A DNA stretch of 64,000 bases, from the NCBI GenBank assembly GCA_026421215.1, contig JAPKBN010000003.1, positions 45,698 to 109,697 of the forward strand, read 5' to 3'. The position numbers were made by a program, and so were the translations under genes. The stretch's first letter is position 1; each line of letters opens with the position of its first letter. The notes below the pieces were generated by a model. It was not told the DNA's origin. It saw only the letters and a list, made by a program, of their open reading frames with translations, and searched no databases. The stretch comes from Dehalococcoidia bacterium (GTDB lineage Bacteria > Chloroflexota > Dehalococcoidia > Lucifugimonadales > Lucifugimonadaceae). Below are positions 55,274-64,000 of the stretch, piece by piece.

Positions 55274-57835
55274 TTAATCAGCTAGAGCGTTAAGTGCGGC
55301 AGCCTGTCCGGATAGCCGTTGCCCGCGCTCATCCGCAAACCGTTTTACGCCTGCGAAGATTGATTCCGGGTCCAGGTGCGCCTCCGCAATAACGTCAGAC
55401 TCGCTACCACCGGTCAGCCATTCGTCGCTGTGGTCTGACACCAAAGAGTACTCGTCGGTCAAGGGGCCGAGGTTTTTCACGGGCCACACGCGATGCGTGC
55501 CCGTGCTGACAACCATCATGTCGTAGAGAGACTCCGGAGGAAGCACCGAGTTCCGGTAAGACTCAGGTTGACGGTCAAATAACGCCTCGCTGATCGATGC
55601 GATCACCTTCACGTTCACCCCGGCCTCTTCGAGTCTTGAGAGGACCGAAACCAGGTTCACCGTGGAGGAAGATCCCTGCACCAGCACATATCCGCCCTTG
55701 GGTTTCGATGGGTCGAAGTCCCGGATCACGTAAAGGCCCTTGGCGGCGGCGTTGATGTCGGTATCCGCAAATGTGGTCCGGTCCGCAACTGCGAAGTCAG
55801 GCCGTGCGACCTCGAGAACGATTATGTTGACCTTTGGGTCACGTGCTGCGATCTCTGCGGCTGCAAAGTAGCCCGGGGCCACATCGTTGTAATCCCAGAA
55901 GCTCAAGCGAATCACCTGGCCCCGAGGGAACAGATCCCACACCTGTGGCGAGAAGATCCCGAAGTGAGTCCGAGCGTCCGCCGCCGTCTCCGGGCCGGAA
56001 TGACCGGCAAGGATGTTCAGCACGCCAACCCGGAACGGGCTGTCCTGGGCCTGCTGGCTCCAGACACGCGCCGGAAGGTACATGAGGGGCGTGAACGCTC
56101 CGTACGTGCCACTGATGGCCCAAACACCTGCATGCTTGTCCGGGTCGAGCGACGCCGACTGACTTACCAGTCCTATAGCAGTGGAAGCGTTCCCAGCCTC
56201 TTGAATGGCAGCCTTGAGTCGTGAACCGGCCGGGTTGGTGACCGGATCAAAGTGACCCCAAATCGACCCGCCTTCAACGTTGATGGATTCAGCAAGGTCG
56301 GCCGCTGCAATGATGAATTTGTTTTCGGTGACGTAGTTCATCCACTTGATGATCTCGGAAATTGCTCGTCGAGTGCCGCGGACATTGCCCGGCTCCTCGT
56401 AGAGCTTGATAGCGACCTCTTTCTCCTCGCCAGAGAAGGGGTTCTTGGCTGTAACGGTCTGGGCTTCCCGCGGGAGGCTGTCGACCGCGAGCCTTGTGTC
56501 CTGGAACGGATCTGTCCTGTTGTCAGTCTTCAGAGGTAGATTATCGTCGACGGATTCTCCGATCTCGACCATTCGCTCCGCAAGCCAATCGCCAAGTCCG
56601 TTTTGTTCCAACACGGACATACAAACATCCATATTGGTCTTGAGTTGGATCAGGCGCTCCCTCTCGTCCGCGGGTGGGCCGTCATGGATCCCCTGGAACT
56701 CCACGCCGTACTTCTTCTCAAATGTCGATGCCAGAGCCTGGAAGTAGTCGCCGTTCATCGGGAAGCCCCATGGGTGGCTTGCGTGATCGATGATCTGGTT
56801 CTCGCTTCCGACCAGCCCATTCTCTGCCCCGGGCCACCACCCTTTCACGGTCGGTCCGACTAGGATCATTGGGCGGTCGTCGTCCGGGTCCCAGTCTTCC
56901 ATCGTCTTGAAGGCGCCGACGACCTGGTTGTATTTGTTGGCGTCCTGTACCGACAGCACGTTCCAACCGTAGGAAGACCATTGGTCTTCGATGCGGTAAC
57001 CGTCGTACTGGGACTTGATGACGCTGCCGACCAGCTCATCGTCGATTCCGGCGTTATTGAAGGACAACAGGAGACGAAGGCGTTTGCCGACCTGCTGCGC
57101 CACTGCCTGCGTCTTGAGTTCCTGTGAGTGGCCGGACGTCAGGGCGAACTCGCCCTCGATCGCCATGATTTTGAGAGAGTCTGGGGCGCCCACCATGTCC
57201 CAGAATGCGGCTTTGCCGGCCATCGTCGCGATTCCGACACCCGAAGGTCCACCGTTCACGTCGTTTGTAAGGTCCGTAGTCTCGGCATGGCCTGAGAGTG
57301 CGCGGATCCCGCGTAAGCCTGCCTGGCCCATGAGCGCGTGGTCTTCAAGGTTGTGTTCACGCAGCATGGTGCTGAGCGCGCCTGCGCCGCGGCGGAAGCC
57401 AAGCGCGTCGATCGGGAGCATCGCTACATTGGGGTCGGCGTGGTATCGGCTATCGCCGGTTGCCGCTTCTTTGCGGGCCAACGCCTCGCCCTGGATCATC
57501 CAGAGCGCGTACAACACCGGGGCGTTGTGTCCACCGGCCAGCATGAATCGGTCGGAGAACGGGTGCTTGGGACGGCGGTAGTCGTATCTAAGCCCTCCGA
57601 GTTCCGGACCGATCAGGTGAGCAGCCACCGTGTACGGCGTGTACGCGAGAGGGCCTCCAAAGTGGCCGGTTTGTGCGTAGTTGCACATGACGGTCAGGGT
57701 CATCGCCGTAAGGAATCCGATATCTTCAAGACGTCCGCGATCGAAGTCCGGTAGATCGACCACGGTTTCCGTAGCGGAACGCGAAAGCGACAGGTTCATT
57801 ACCGTCGCGCTTGAACTGCCGTTCATCCCTGCCAT
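55274..57835 (-). CDS. thiamine-diphosphate enzyme of the transketolase / E1-like fold (atypical, 853 aa)
   Basis: GHFGGPLAYTPY and LAGGHNAPVLYALW match the transketolase N-terminal pattern. NGGPSGVGIA and a divergent ThDP-Mg region IEGEF...SFNNAG follow, then Pyr and C-terminal-like domains. Confidence 0.7.
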   Translation of the reverse strand: MAGMNGSSSATVMNLSLSRSATETVVDLPDFDRGRLEDIGFLTAMTLTVMCNYAQTGHFGGPLAYTPYTVAAHLIGPELGGLRYDYRRPKHPFSDRFMLAGGHNAPVLYALWMIQGEALARKEAATGDSRYHADPNVAMLPIDALGFRRGAGALSTMLREHNLEDHALMGQAGLRGIRALSGHAETTDLTNDVNGGPSGVGIATMAGKAAFWDMVGAPDSLKIMAIEGEFALTSGHSQELKTQAVAQQVGKRLRLLLSFNNAGIDDELVGSVIKSQYDGYRIEDQWSSYGWNVLSVQDANKYNQVVGAFKTMEDWDPDDDRPMILVGPTVKGWWPGAENGLVGSENQIIDHASHPWGFPMNGDYFQALASTFEKKYGVEFQGIHDGPPADERERLIQLKTNMDVCMSVLEQNGLGDWLAERMVEIGESVDDNLPLKTDNRTDPFQDTRLAVDSLPREAQTVTAKNPFSGEEKEVAIKLYEEPGNVRGTRRAISEIIKWMNYVTENKFIIAAADLAESINVEGGSIWGHFDPVTNPAGSRLKAAIQEAGNASTAIGLVSQSASLDPDKHAGVWAISGTYGAFTPLMYLPARVWSQQAQDSPFRVGVLNILAGHSGPETAADARTHFGIFSPQVWDLFPRGQVIRLSFWDYNDVAPGYFAAAEIAARDPKVNIIVLEVARPDFAVADRTTFADTDINAAAKGLYVIRDFDPSKPKGGYVLVQGSSSTVNLVSVLSRLEEAGVNVKVIASISEALFDRQPESYRNSVLPPESLYDMMVVSTGTHRVWPVKNLGPLTDEYSLVSDHSDEWLTGGSESDVIAEAHLDPESIFAGVKRFADERGQRLSGQAAALNALAD

Positions 57836-58190
57836 TCATTATCTCCTGAGTATTCCTGATCATGCCGATATGAGGTTCGGCAGAATATCCTGCCGTTGGT
57901 TAACGTTGGGAGGCCGACGCGGCAATTCCAGACCGAAACACATCTCAAGATGCCAGAAACGACCCGAACCACCGCGGGGCCACCATAGAGTGGACGTTAA
58001 ATGCGCGCGAGGCAAGTGCTTGAGGCAACTTTGGGTGCCTGATCTATTCGGGCCGACCTCAAGATGGGGTGTACGATGCCCCGGCTTATACGCGAAAATC
58101 CCGAATTATCGTCAGGCAACATCATGTATGCCAGGAGAAGTTCGGGGTGATATCCGATTCCCGCTGTACGATGATTAATTCGAGGGATAC

Positions 58191-59021
58191 ATGGCAACGA
58201 GCGCAACAATTGGAAATTTTCAAGTCACGGCACTGGTAGATCTGATCCCGCCACCACGGGATGTCTCGGCGATCTACCCGGATGTACCGGCCGATGACTG
58301 GGGTCCATACCAGGAGTTCGCTCTGGAGAACGGTATGTGGCAGACGCAGTTCTGCGCTTTCCTGATAAAAGCAATCAACGGTAATGGCCCGATCGTGCTG
58401 GTGGACACGGCGATGGGACCGGGCGAAGAGCCGGGAAAACTTCTTGAAGAGCTGGCCGCAAACGGCGTAGAGCCGGCTGACATATCGGCTGTCGTTACGA
58501 CGCACCCGCACGGCGATCATGTTGGTTGGAACGTTTCGTACGATGGCGACACCCCGAGAGCTACCTTCCCGAACGCTCGATACATGCTTGCCCGCTCAGA
58601 CTGGGACCACTGGACCAGTGACGAAATAGCGCCAAACGTTCCCGCGATCGGTAAGTCGGTCCAACCGCTGGAAGGGCTTGGAGTACTGCATCTAGTCGAC
58701 GGTGAGGAAGAGGTCGCTCCCGGCGTTAAGATACTTCCGGCCAACGGCCACACGCCGGGGCACCAGGTCGTAGTGGTCGAATCCAACGGTGAGACAGGTG
58801 TGATCATCGGCGATCTGGTCCATAACGTCGCACAGGTCACGGAGACCGAATGGTGCCCGATGTTTGACTGGAACCAGGACATGGCACGTGCGTCACGGCG
58901 TGACATTCTTGGCCGGGCCGCGGGCGGCAGTTGGACGGTGTTTGCCGGGCACCTCAAAATTGGAGCCAACATCGGCAAAGTAAGCGGCTCGGGCGATCGG
59001 TTCACTTGGCAATCTGTATAG
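58191..59021 (+). CDS. MBL-fold metallo-hydrolase
   Basis: THPHGDHVG (HxHxDH) and a later GHTPGH motif. 276 aa. Confidence 0.85.
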   Translation: MATSATIGNFQVTALVDLIPPPRDVSAIYPDVPADDWGPYQEFALENGMWQTQFCAFLIKAINGNGPIVLVDTAMGPGEEPGKLLEELAANGVEPADISAVVTTHPHGDHVGWNVSYDGDTPRATFPNARYMLARSDWDHWTSDEIAPNVPAIGKSVQPLEGLGVLHLVDGEEEVAPGVKILPANGHTPGHQVVVVESNGETGVIIGDLVHNVAQVTETEWCPMFDWNQDMARASRRDILGRAAGGSWTVFAGHLKIGANIGKVSGSGDRFTWQSV

Positions 59022-59052
59022 CGATAAGGTTTCCTCAGACAACCGCTGACGG

Positions 59053-59766
59053 ATGTCCAATTTGACCCAGAATCAACTCAAATTGCTCCACACATCTGAT
59101 CTGCACCTTGGAAGCGACATCTACCCGGATGATGCGATTCGTGGATTTGAACAGGTCCTGCAGCTCAGCCGGCAACACTCGGTGGACGGCGTCATAGTGG
59201 CGGGGGATCTGTTCGACAACAGGGGCGTCGCTCCCGAGTTGGTTTCGGACGTTTTCGCGCGCTTTAGCGAGCTCGGCCGTCCGGTCGTCGTGGTGCCCGG
59301 CAACCACGACACGTTTTTGATGAACGGGTCATTCGATAGCTCCACCTTGGGGGAAGACGTCCACGTGTTGCTGGAACGTGGAGGCGAGACCCTCGACATA
59401 GACTCGATCGGCCTTTCCGTATGGGGAGAGCCTGTCTACGACCACAGCCCGGAATTCAGGCCGATGGGCGCACTCAAGCCCCGTTCTTCCGAGAATTGGT
59501 ACGTCGGAATCGCACACGGGCTCGTGACCAACAACGATCCCTATAACGAGTACAGCTCCAAGATTACGTTTGATGAACTGGCGGGAGCCGATTGCGACTA
59601 CGTGGCCCTGGGTCACGTCCATGTTTTCCGTGAAGTCACAAGCGGAGACGGCGCTCCCGCGTTTTACAGTGGAGCGCCGTCGGGTGGGAATTCACCTACA
59701 TTAGCCATCGTGACTCTGGATCCCATCGCAGGCGTCTCCGTACAGGCGATTCAACTCAAGCGATAA
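59053..59766 (+). CDS. metallophosphoesterase (short SbcD/Mre11-like)
   Basis: LLHTSDLHLG, VAGDLFD, PGNHD and GHVH motifs. 237 aa. No SbcC-like partner is nearby. Confidence 0.8.
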   Translation: MSNLTQNQLKLLHTSDLHLGSDIYPDDAIRGFEQVLQLSRQHSVDGVIVAGDLFDNRGVAPELVSDVFARFSELGRPVVVVPGNHDTFLMNGSFDSSTLGEDVHVLLERGGETLDIDSIGLSVWGEPVYDHSPEFRPMGALKPRSSENWYVGIAHGLVTNNDPYNEYSSKITFDELAGADCDYVALGHVHVFREVTSGDGAPAFYSGAPSGGNSPTLAIVTLDPIAGVSVQAIQLKR

Positions 59767-59920
59767 GAATTCGGGGGTCCAGCATACCCACGGGTACACT
59801 AAACGGTTTACGCAGACCATTTTTGAGTCGCTCCGATATGCACGATTTGCGATGCGAGGATCGTCCACCGACATCCTGTGTCTAGCGGGGGCGTTCCATA
59901 GGTTCATTGGGAGACAACGA

Positions 59921-61456
59921 GTGGCCTCATCGTTAATACGTGGTAAATATGTCGTGTGCCGGGCGCTTGGCGATGACGCGAGCGAAATCATCACCGACGG
60001 CGCTGTATTCCAGCGCGACGGGGAGATTATCGAGATCGGCCGGTACGATGATCTCAAGGCGCGCCACCAACCGGATGAGGTGATCGGCGGCCCGGGATTC
60101 ATCGTCATCCCAGGGCTGATCAATGCCCACCACCATTCCGGATTGACACCCTTCCAGCTCGGCTCCCCAGACCTGCCGCTGGAGACATGGATAACGACCA
60201 AGTTCGGGCAACGTGACGTCGATCCGTACCTGGACACGCTTTACTGCGCCATTCAGATGATCGAATCCGGGATCACCACGGTGATGCACAATCACGCCCT
60301 TCGCTCGGCACCGGAGGGAGTATCGCTGGACGACTGGGGCGGTAGCCTTGTCGCCGCATACGAGGCGTCAGGAATGCGGGCGGCGTTTTCCTTCTTCAAC
60401 CGCGACCAGAACCACCTTGTTTACGAAGACAACGACGGTTTTCTAAACACACTGCCCATAGCGCTTGTCACTCAGATCAATGATGTATTTCCGTTCAGCC
60501 CGATATCGTCGGCAGATCACCTCGACCTGACGGAGGAGTTGATTAAACGTAATCAATCTGACCGGATCCACATCTTCATCAGCGCACATAACGTGCACTG
60601 GTGCTCGGATGAGATGTTGGCCGATGTAAAGGCGTTCGGCAAACAGCACGAGACCGGGATTCACATCCATGTCCAGGAGACCATTTACCAGAAAATGTAC
60701 GGCAACCTGCACTGGGGGACGACACCGCTGGCGCACCTCAACGACCTGGGGTTTCTCGGGCCCGAGGTCTCGATCGCTCACGGCACGTGGTTGACCGATT
60801 CTGATATCGATCTCATGGTCGAAACGGGAACGATGCTGTGTCACAACCCCAGCTCAAACCTGCGACTTGGCAGCGGCGTGGCACCGATCAACCGGCTGCT
60901 GGCCCGAGGCGTCGAAGTGGCGATCGGTATCGACGAGGCCGGGATAAACGACGACAACGATCTTCTCCAGGAGATGCGACTGGCGCAAAAGATCCACCGG
61001 GAGCCGGGCGTCGGCGTGCCGAGCCCGTCTTCGCACAGGATTTTCGACATGGCGACTCGGGCCGGTGCCGAGGTGACTTTCTTTGGCAATGAGGTCGGCA
61101 CGCTGGAGGTTGGCAAACGCGCCGATATCGTTCTGCTGGATCTATCGCGCATTTCAGAGCCGTATCTGGACCCGGACACAAACATCGTGGACGTTATCGT
61201 GTACCGGGGGAAGGGCGAGGACGTGGATACCGTGATCGTGGACGGCGAAGTGCTGTTGAAGGAACGAGAATTGACGCGAGTGAACAAGGCCGATGTTCAC
61301 GCAGAACTAAAGGCGTCGCTTTCCCAACCCCTGAAATCGCATGAGTTGAACCGTGCGGCGCTGAGCAGTGCACTACTCCCGCACGTCAATCAGTGGTTCG
61401 CAAACTGGGAACTAGAACAATCTGGTCCCCACTACCGATACAACGCCCGCGGCTAA
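59921..61456 (+). CDS. amidohydrolase family protein (aminohydrolase/chlorohydrolase-like)
   Basis: GLINAHHH metal motif, later HVQE and HGT motifs. I prefer the GTG at 59921 because GGGAGA lies upstream. The track ORF starts at 59852. Confidence 0.8.
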   Translation: MASSLIRGKYVVCRALGDDASEIITDGAVFQRDGEIIEIGRYDDLKARHQPDEVIGGPGFIVIPGLINAHHHSGLTPFQLGSPDLPLETWITTKFGQRDVDPYLDTLYCAIQMIESGITTVMHNHALRSAPEGVSLDDWGGSLVAAYEASGMRAAFSFFNRDQNHLVYEDNDGFLNTLPIALVTQINDVFPFSPISSADHLDLTEELIKRNQSDRIHIFISAHNVHWCSDEMLADVKAFGKQHETGIHIHVQETIYQKMYGNLHWGTTPLAHLNDLGFLGPEVSIAHGTWLTDSDIDLMVETGTMLCHNPSSNLRLGSGVAPINRLLARGVEVAIGIDEAGINDDNDLLQEMRLAQKIHREPGVGVPSPSSHRIFDMATRAGAEVTFFGNEVGTLEVGKRADIVLLDLSRISEPYLDPDTNIVDVIVYRGKGEDVDTVIVDGEVLLKERELTRVNKADVHAELKASLSQPLKSHELNRAALSSALLPHVNQWFANWELEQSGPHYRYNARG

Positions 61457-61490
61457 CCACAACCTTAAAACAAGCCCCGGTGCTAGCCGG

Positions 61491-62669
61491 CTAGGTGGCC
61501 CGTTCTTCCAGCCACTCCAGGTTGATCTCCAGACCCAGTCCCGGCGCGTCGGACGGCGTCACGTAGCCGTCTTTGATGACTGCAGTCCCCGGAAGTAACA
61601 CCATCTCCTCCAGAGGCACTCCGGGAGGCGCCACCCCTTCCGATTTCTCGGCCCACATAACTGCCGGCATGGCCATCGCGAGATGCTGTCCCCAAGGGTA
61701 GCTAGAACTGGCGTGTGGGATGACTGTAATCCCGTGTGCCTCTGCAAGGTGACAAATCTTGACCGCGGCAGTGATTCCTCCAACCCACGATAGGTCTGGC
61801 TGGAAAATATCGACCAGGCCGTGAGTCGCCGCCAGTGCAAACGGGTGTATCGAGTACCAGTGCTCGCCGGTGGCCAGCGTCTGAAACGGGATCCGCTCCC
61901 GGACACGGAAATAGCTGTCCATATCCTCGGGAATCAGATAATCCTCTAGCCACTTGATCCGATACGGCCTTAACGCCTCGGCGATACGTACGGCGTAATC
62001 GGTGTTGAACGACATCCATGCGTCGAGAGCGATCTCTACTTCGTCGCCAACCTGTTCCCTCGTAGCGGCGACTAGCTCCTCAGTTTTCTTGATGCCGTCC
62101 AGCCCATCCTCGGGCCCGGCCCGCTGGAACAGTTTCACCGCTTTAAAGCCAAGCTCCAGGAACCAGTCAATGCTGTGCTCGGTGCCGTACGAAATGTCCG
62201 TGTTGGATGCGTAGACGAAAATCTTTTCCTTCTGCGGCCCGCCGAGCAGCTCGTACACAGGCAATCCCAGAATCTTGCCCTTGAGGTCCCATAGCGCCTG
62301 GTCAACCGCGCTTATGGCGAAACTGGCGAGTCCGGCGCTGCTGTAAGGGGCCGAAGCGCGTTGCATCAGGTCCCAGAGCCGTTCCGTTGCCATCACGTTG
62401 CCGCCCTCGACCACCTGGGAGAGGTGATCGTTGATGATGCTGACGGTCGGACCGCTGTGGAGTGTCATTCCAAATCCCCAGGTCCCATCTTCTGCGGTGA
62501 CCACACAGGCAGTTCGCTTCCACGTCGCTGACCAGTCGTCACGAGTCAATTCTGGATACCGACGCATCGGGCTGACAAAGCCATCACCCGGCAGTTGTGG
62601 GACCCGAGGAGTGGTCTTGATCGGGGGTCTGACATCGATTTCGACGGCGCGAACGGACTTGATTTTCAT
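61491..62669 (-). CDS. enolase superfamily dehydratase (mandelate racemase/muconate lactonizing family)
   Basis: MKIKSVRAVEIDV N-terminus with barrel-domain acid residues (IALDAW, WLEDY, ATGEH). The start at 62669 is preferred over the track start at 62762. Confidence 0.85.
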   Translation of the reverse strand: MKIKSVRAVEIDVRPPIKTTPRVPQLPGDGFVSPMRRYPELTRDDWSATWKRTACVVTAEDGTWGFGMTLHSGPTVSIINDHLSQVVEGGNVMATERLWDLMQRASAPYSSAGLASFAISAVDQALWDLKGKILGLPVYELLGGPQKEKIFVYASNTDISYGTEHSIDWFLELGFKAVKLFQRAGPEDGLDGIKKTEELVAATREQVGDEVEIALDAWMSFNTDYAVRIAEALRPYRIKWLEDYLIPEDMDSYFRVRERIPFQTLATGEHWYSIHPFALAATHGLVDIFQPDLSWVGGITAAVKICHLAEAHGITVIPHASSSYPWGQHLAMAMPAVMWAEKSEGVAPPGVPLEEMVLLPGTAVIKDGYVTPSDAPGLGLEINLEWLEERAT

Positions 62670-62902
62670 GTTGCGGCTTACTCCTGTTGTGGCGATGCGG
62701 ATGCTGCTCGGCGCCGGAATTCTATGCCGACACGGGCGTTCGTGCGCTACATTCGCGGCCATCTGTCCTAGAAACCCCGAAGAGAGGAAGGGCTAACATG
62801 ATTTCTGTTACCGCTTCAAGGGGGACGAAGAGTTCTTCGTGCTGGCCTTAAGAAGGGGATGCGATCAAGGACGCCGTTACTTGATCGACAACTCTGCGCC
62901 GA

Positions 62903-63796
62903 CTAGATTAGCCCGGCGATTTGCATTGCTGCTCGAATAACCTCACGGCCGGCGTCCGTCACCGGTGGGTTTGGCGACCTAGGTGATCCTCCGTCGTAAC
63001 CTAAAATATCGAGCGCCGCTTTAATGCCGGCGGCCCCGCGATCTAGAATCTGGTGATCGGCTTCCATAATCCGGGTCTGAATCTCCTGAGCTGCAGCCAG
63101 ATCGCCCTTCATGACACTTGAGATGATCTCATGGCACTCGGTGGGAGCCACATTCCCAAACATGAGACAGGCCCCGTTTGCGCCTATAGCGCTCATCGCA
63201 AGCAAGAGGACGCCGTTACCCAACCAGAACGGCTTTTCGGTCGTCACGAAATTGCGCACCCGGGCTTCAAATCGAACGTTCCCGGAGGCGATGTATCCAA
63301 ACACGTTGTCGATATCGACAAGATCGCCAATAACTTCGGCAGGGGCACCAACCGGCTGGGAGCCGCCGTGGAATGCCCCCGGTGCCATCTGGTGGATGAT
63401 GACCACCGGTGCAGGTACGCGGGGCACGACCTGTTCAAAGTATTCGCTTACGTTGGGCGTAAGCCTCGGAATCCGTATACGTATCATCTCGGCCCCGGCC
63501 TCAACCAGTGCCTCGGCCGTACGAATCGAATCCGTTATGGATGAACTATCGACTCCGCCAACGATGAACTTATCGCCCCCACGTGCGGCGTTCACGGTGC
63601 GGACAATTTCCATCCGTTCGCCCTCTGAAAGAAACTGCTCTTCGCCGTTCTCAGAGTTCAACACGAACCCGGAAAGCGGCGTCTTCAGCCACCTCTCAAC
63701 GTTGCGTTCGATAGCGTCGTGGTCCACCGAATCATCGGCCTTGAACGGCGTGGGACTGGGCGCGACAACAATCGGATTGGTAGTTGGGATGGACAT
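62903..63796 (-). CDS. DHDPS/NAL-fold (DapA-like) family protein, atypical active site
   Basis: TPF...VDHDAIERNVERWL...GFVLNSENGEEQFLSEGER fits the DapA family pattern. Where family members carry G-I-K, this protein reads GYIASGN. Confidence 0.75.
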   Translation of the reverse strand: MSIPTTNPIVVAPSPTPFKADDSVDHDAIERNVERWLKTPLSGFVLNSENGEEQFLSEGERMEIVRTVNAARGGDKFIVGGVDSSSITDSIRTAEALVEAGAEMIRIRIPRLTPNVSEYFEQVVPRVPAPVVIIHQMAPGAFHGGSQPVGAPAEVIGDLVDIDNVFGYIASGNVRFEARVRNFVTTEKPFWLGNGVLLLAMSAIGANGACLMFGNVAPTECHEIISSVMKGDLAAAQEIQTRIMEADHQILDRGAAGIKAALDILGYDGGSPRSPNPPVTDAGREVIRAAMQIAGLI

Positions 63797-63944
63797 TCGG
63801 TGATTGTTCTCGAACAGGTAGGGGTAGGGATAGGTTGGCCGGCGAAACGGAAGTGTCTACCCAACCTTCGTCGTGCCAAACCGAACGGCATCACATGGCC
63901 AGCATCGATATAAGAAGCTCAGTGATCCCGAATAAAATGAAAAA

Positions 63945-64000
63945 TGGCGCCCCCGGAGGGAATTGAACCCCCGACCAACTGCTTAGAAGGCAGCTGCTCT
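63945..64000 (-). tRNA. tRNA-Arg (anticodon UCU), 3' portion; 5' end outside window
   Basis: The reverse complement reads ...AGAGCA GCTGC CTTCTAA GCAGT TGGTC GGGGG TTCAATT CCCTC CGGGGGC G CCA. This gives canonical anticodon and T arms, anticodon TCT and an encoded CCA. Confidence 0.85.

Noticed and set aside
58010-58100. CCTGATCT within an inverted repeat (CTTGAGG...CCTCAAG) between the ThDP enzyme and the MBL gene, which recalled a TPP riboswitch.
   Set aside because: The other conserved THI-box parts (CUGAGA and the pyrimidine-sensing helix context) are not present, and the orientation and gene context do not fit a thiamine gene.
1-64000. A search by eye for CRISPR arrays, IS or transposase genes, integrases, prophage genes and known defence-system proteins.
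   Set aside because: I noticed no short spaced direct repeats and no transposase, integrase, helicase or nuclease-type ORFs in the track. The only tRNA is at the extreme right edge, with nothing integrase-like next to it inside the window.

Overview
A 64 kb bacterial chromosomal window of moderately high GC content, densely coding, with about 60 genes. I saw no rRNA, CRISPR array, transposase or integrase. One partial tRNA-Arg(UCU) lies at the right edge. The content is mostly catabolic paralog families: 4 CaiB/BaiF-type CoA-transferases, 4 classical SDRs plus an extended-SDR epimerase, 3 luciferase-like (LLM) oxidoreductases, 2 crotonases, 2 acyl-CoA dehydrogenases, 2 amidohydrolases and a GMC oxidoreductase. 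There is also a cofD-cofC F420 biosynthesis pair. This profile, together with a GAAC-N4-GTTC SOS box, fits a Chloroflexota (SAR202-like) genome, but that is inference only. Positions 27270-48801 form one 21.5 kb run of 18 intact genes plus one gene remnant, all on the minus strand.

The main candidates for undescribed biology are:
- A signal-less [DUF1800 - NHL propeller] x2 - DUF1501 cluster (27270-33674).
- A translationally coupled CaiB-CaiB-crotonase-DUF917-hydantoinase-like module (38478-44431).

Other notable features:
- A LexA-box-preceded imuB-dnaE2 mutagenesis cassette without imuA. Its imuB is split over two frames and lacks a canonical in-frame start.
- Gene remnants in the spacers: a c-type cytochrome tail, an internally deleted GMC paralog and a stranded aldo/keto-reductase start.
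- A DHDPS-fold protein that appears to lack the Schiff-base lysine.
- An AT-richer orphan region with a Cys-rich ORF.

All family calls come from motif recognition by eye. No searches were run.
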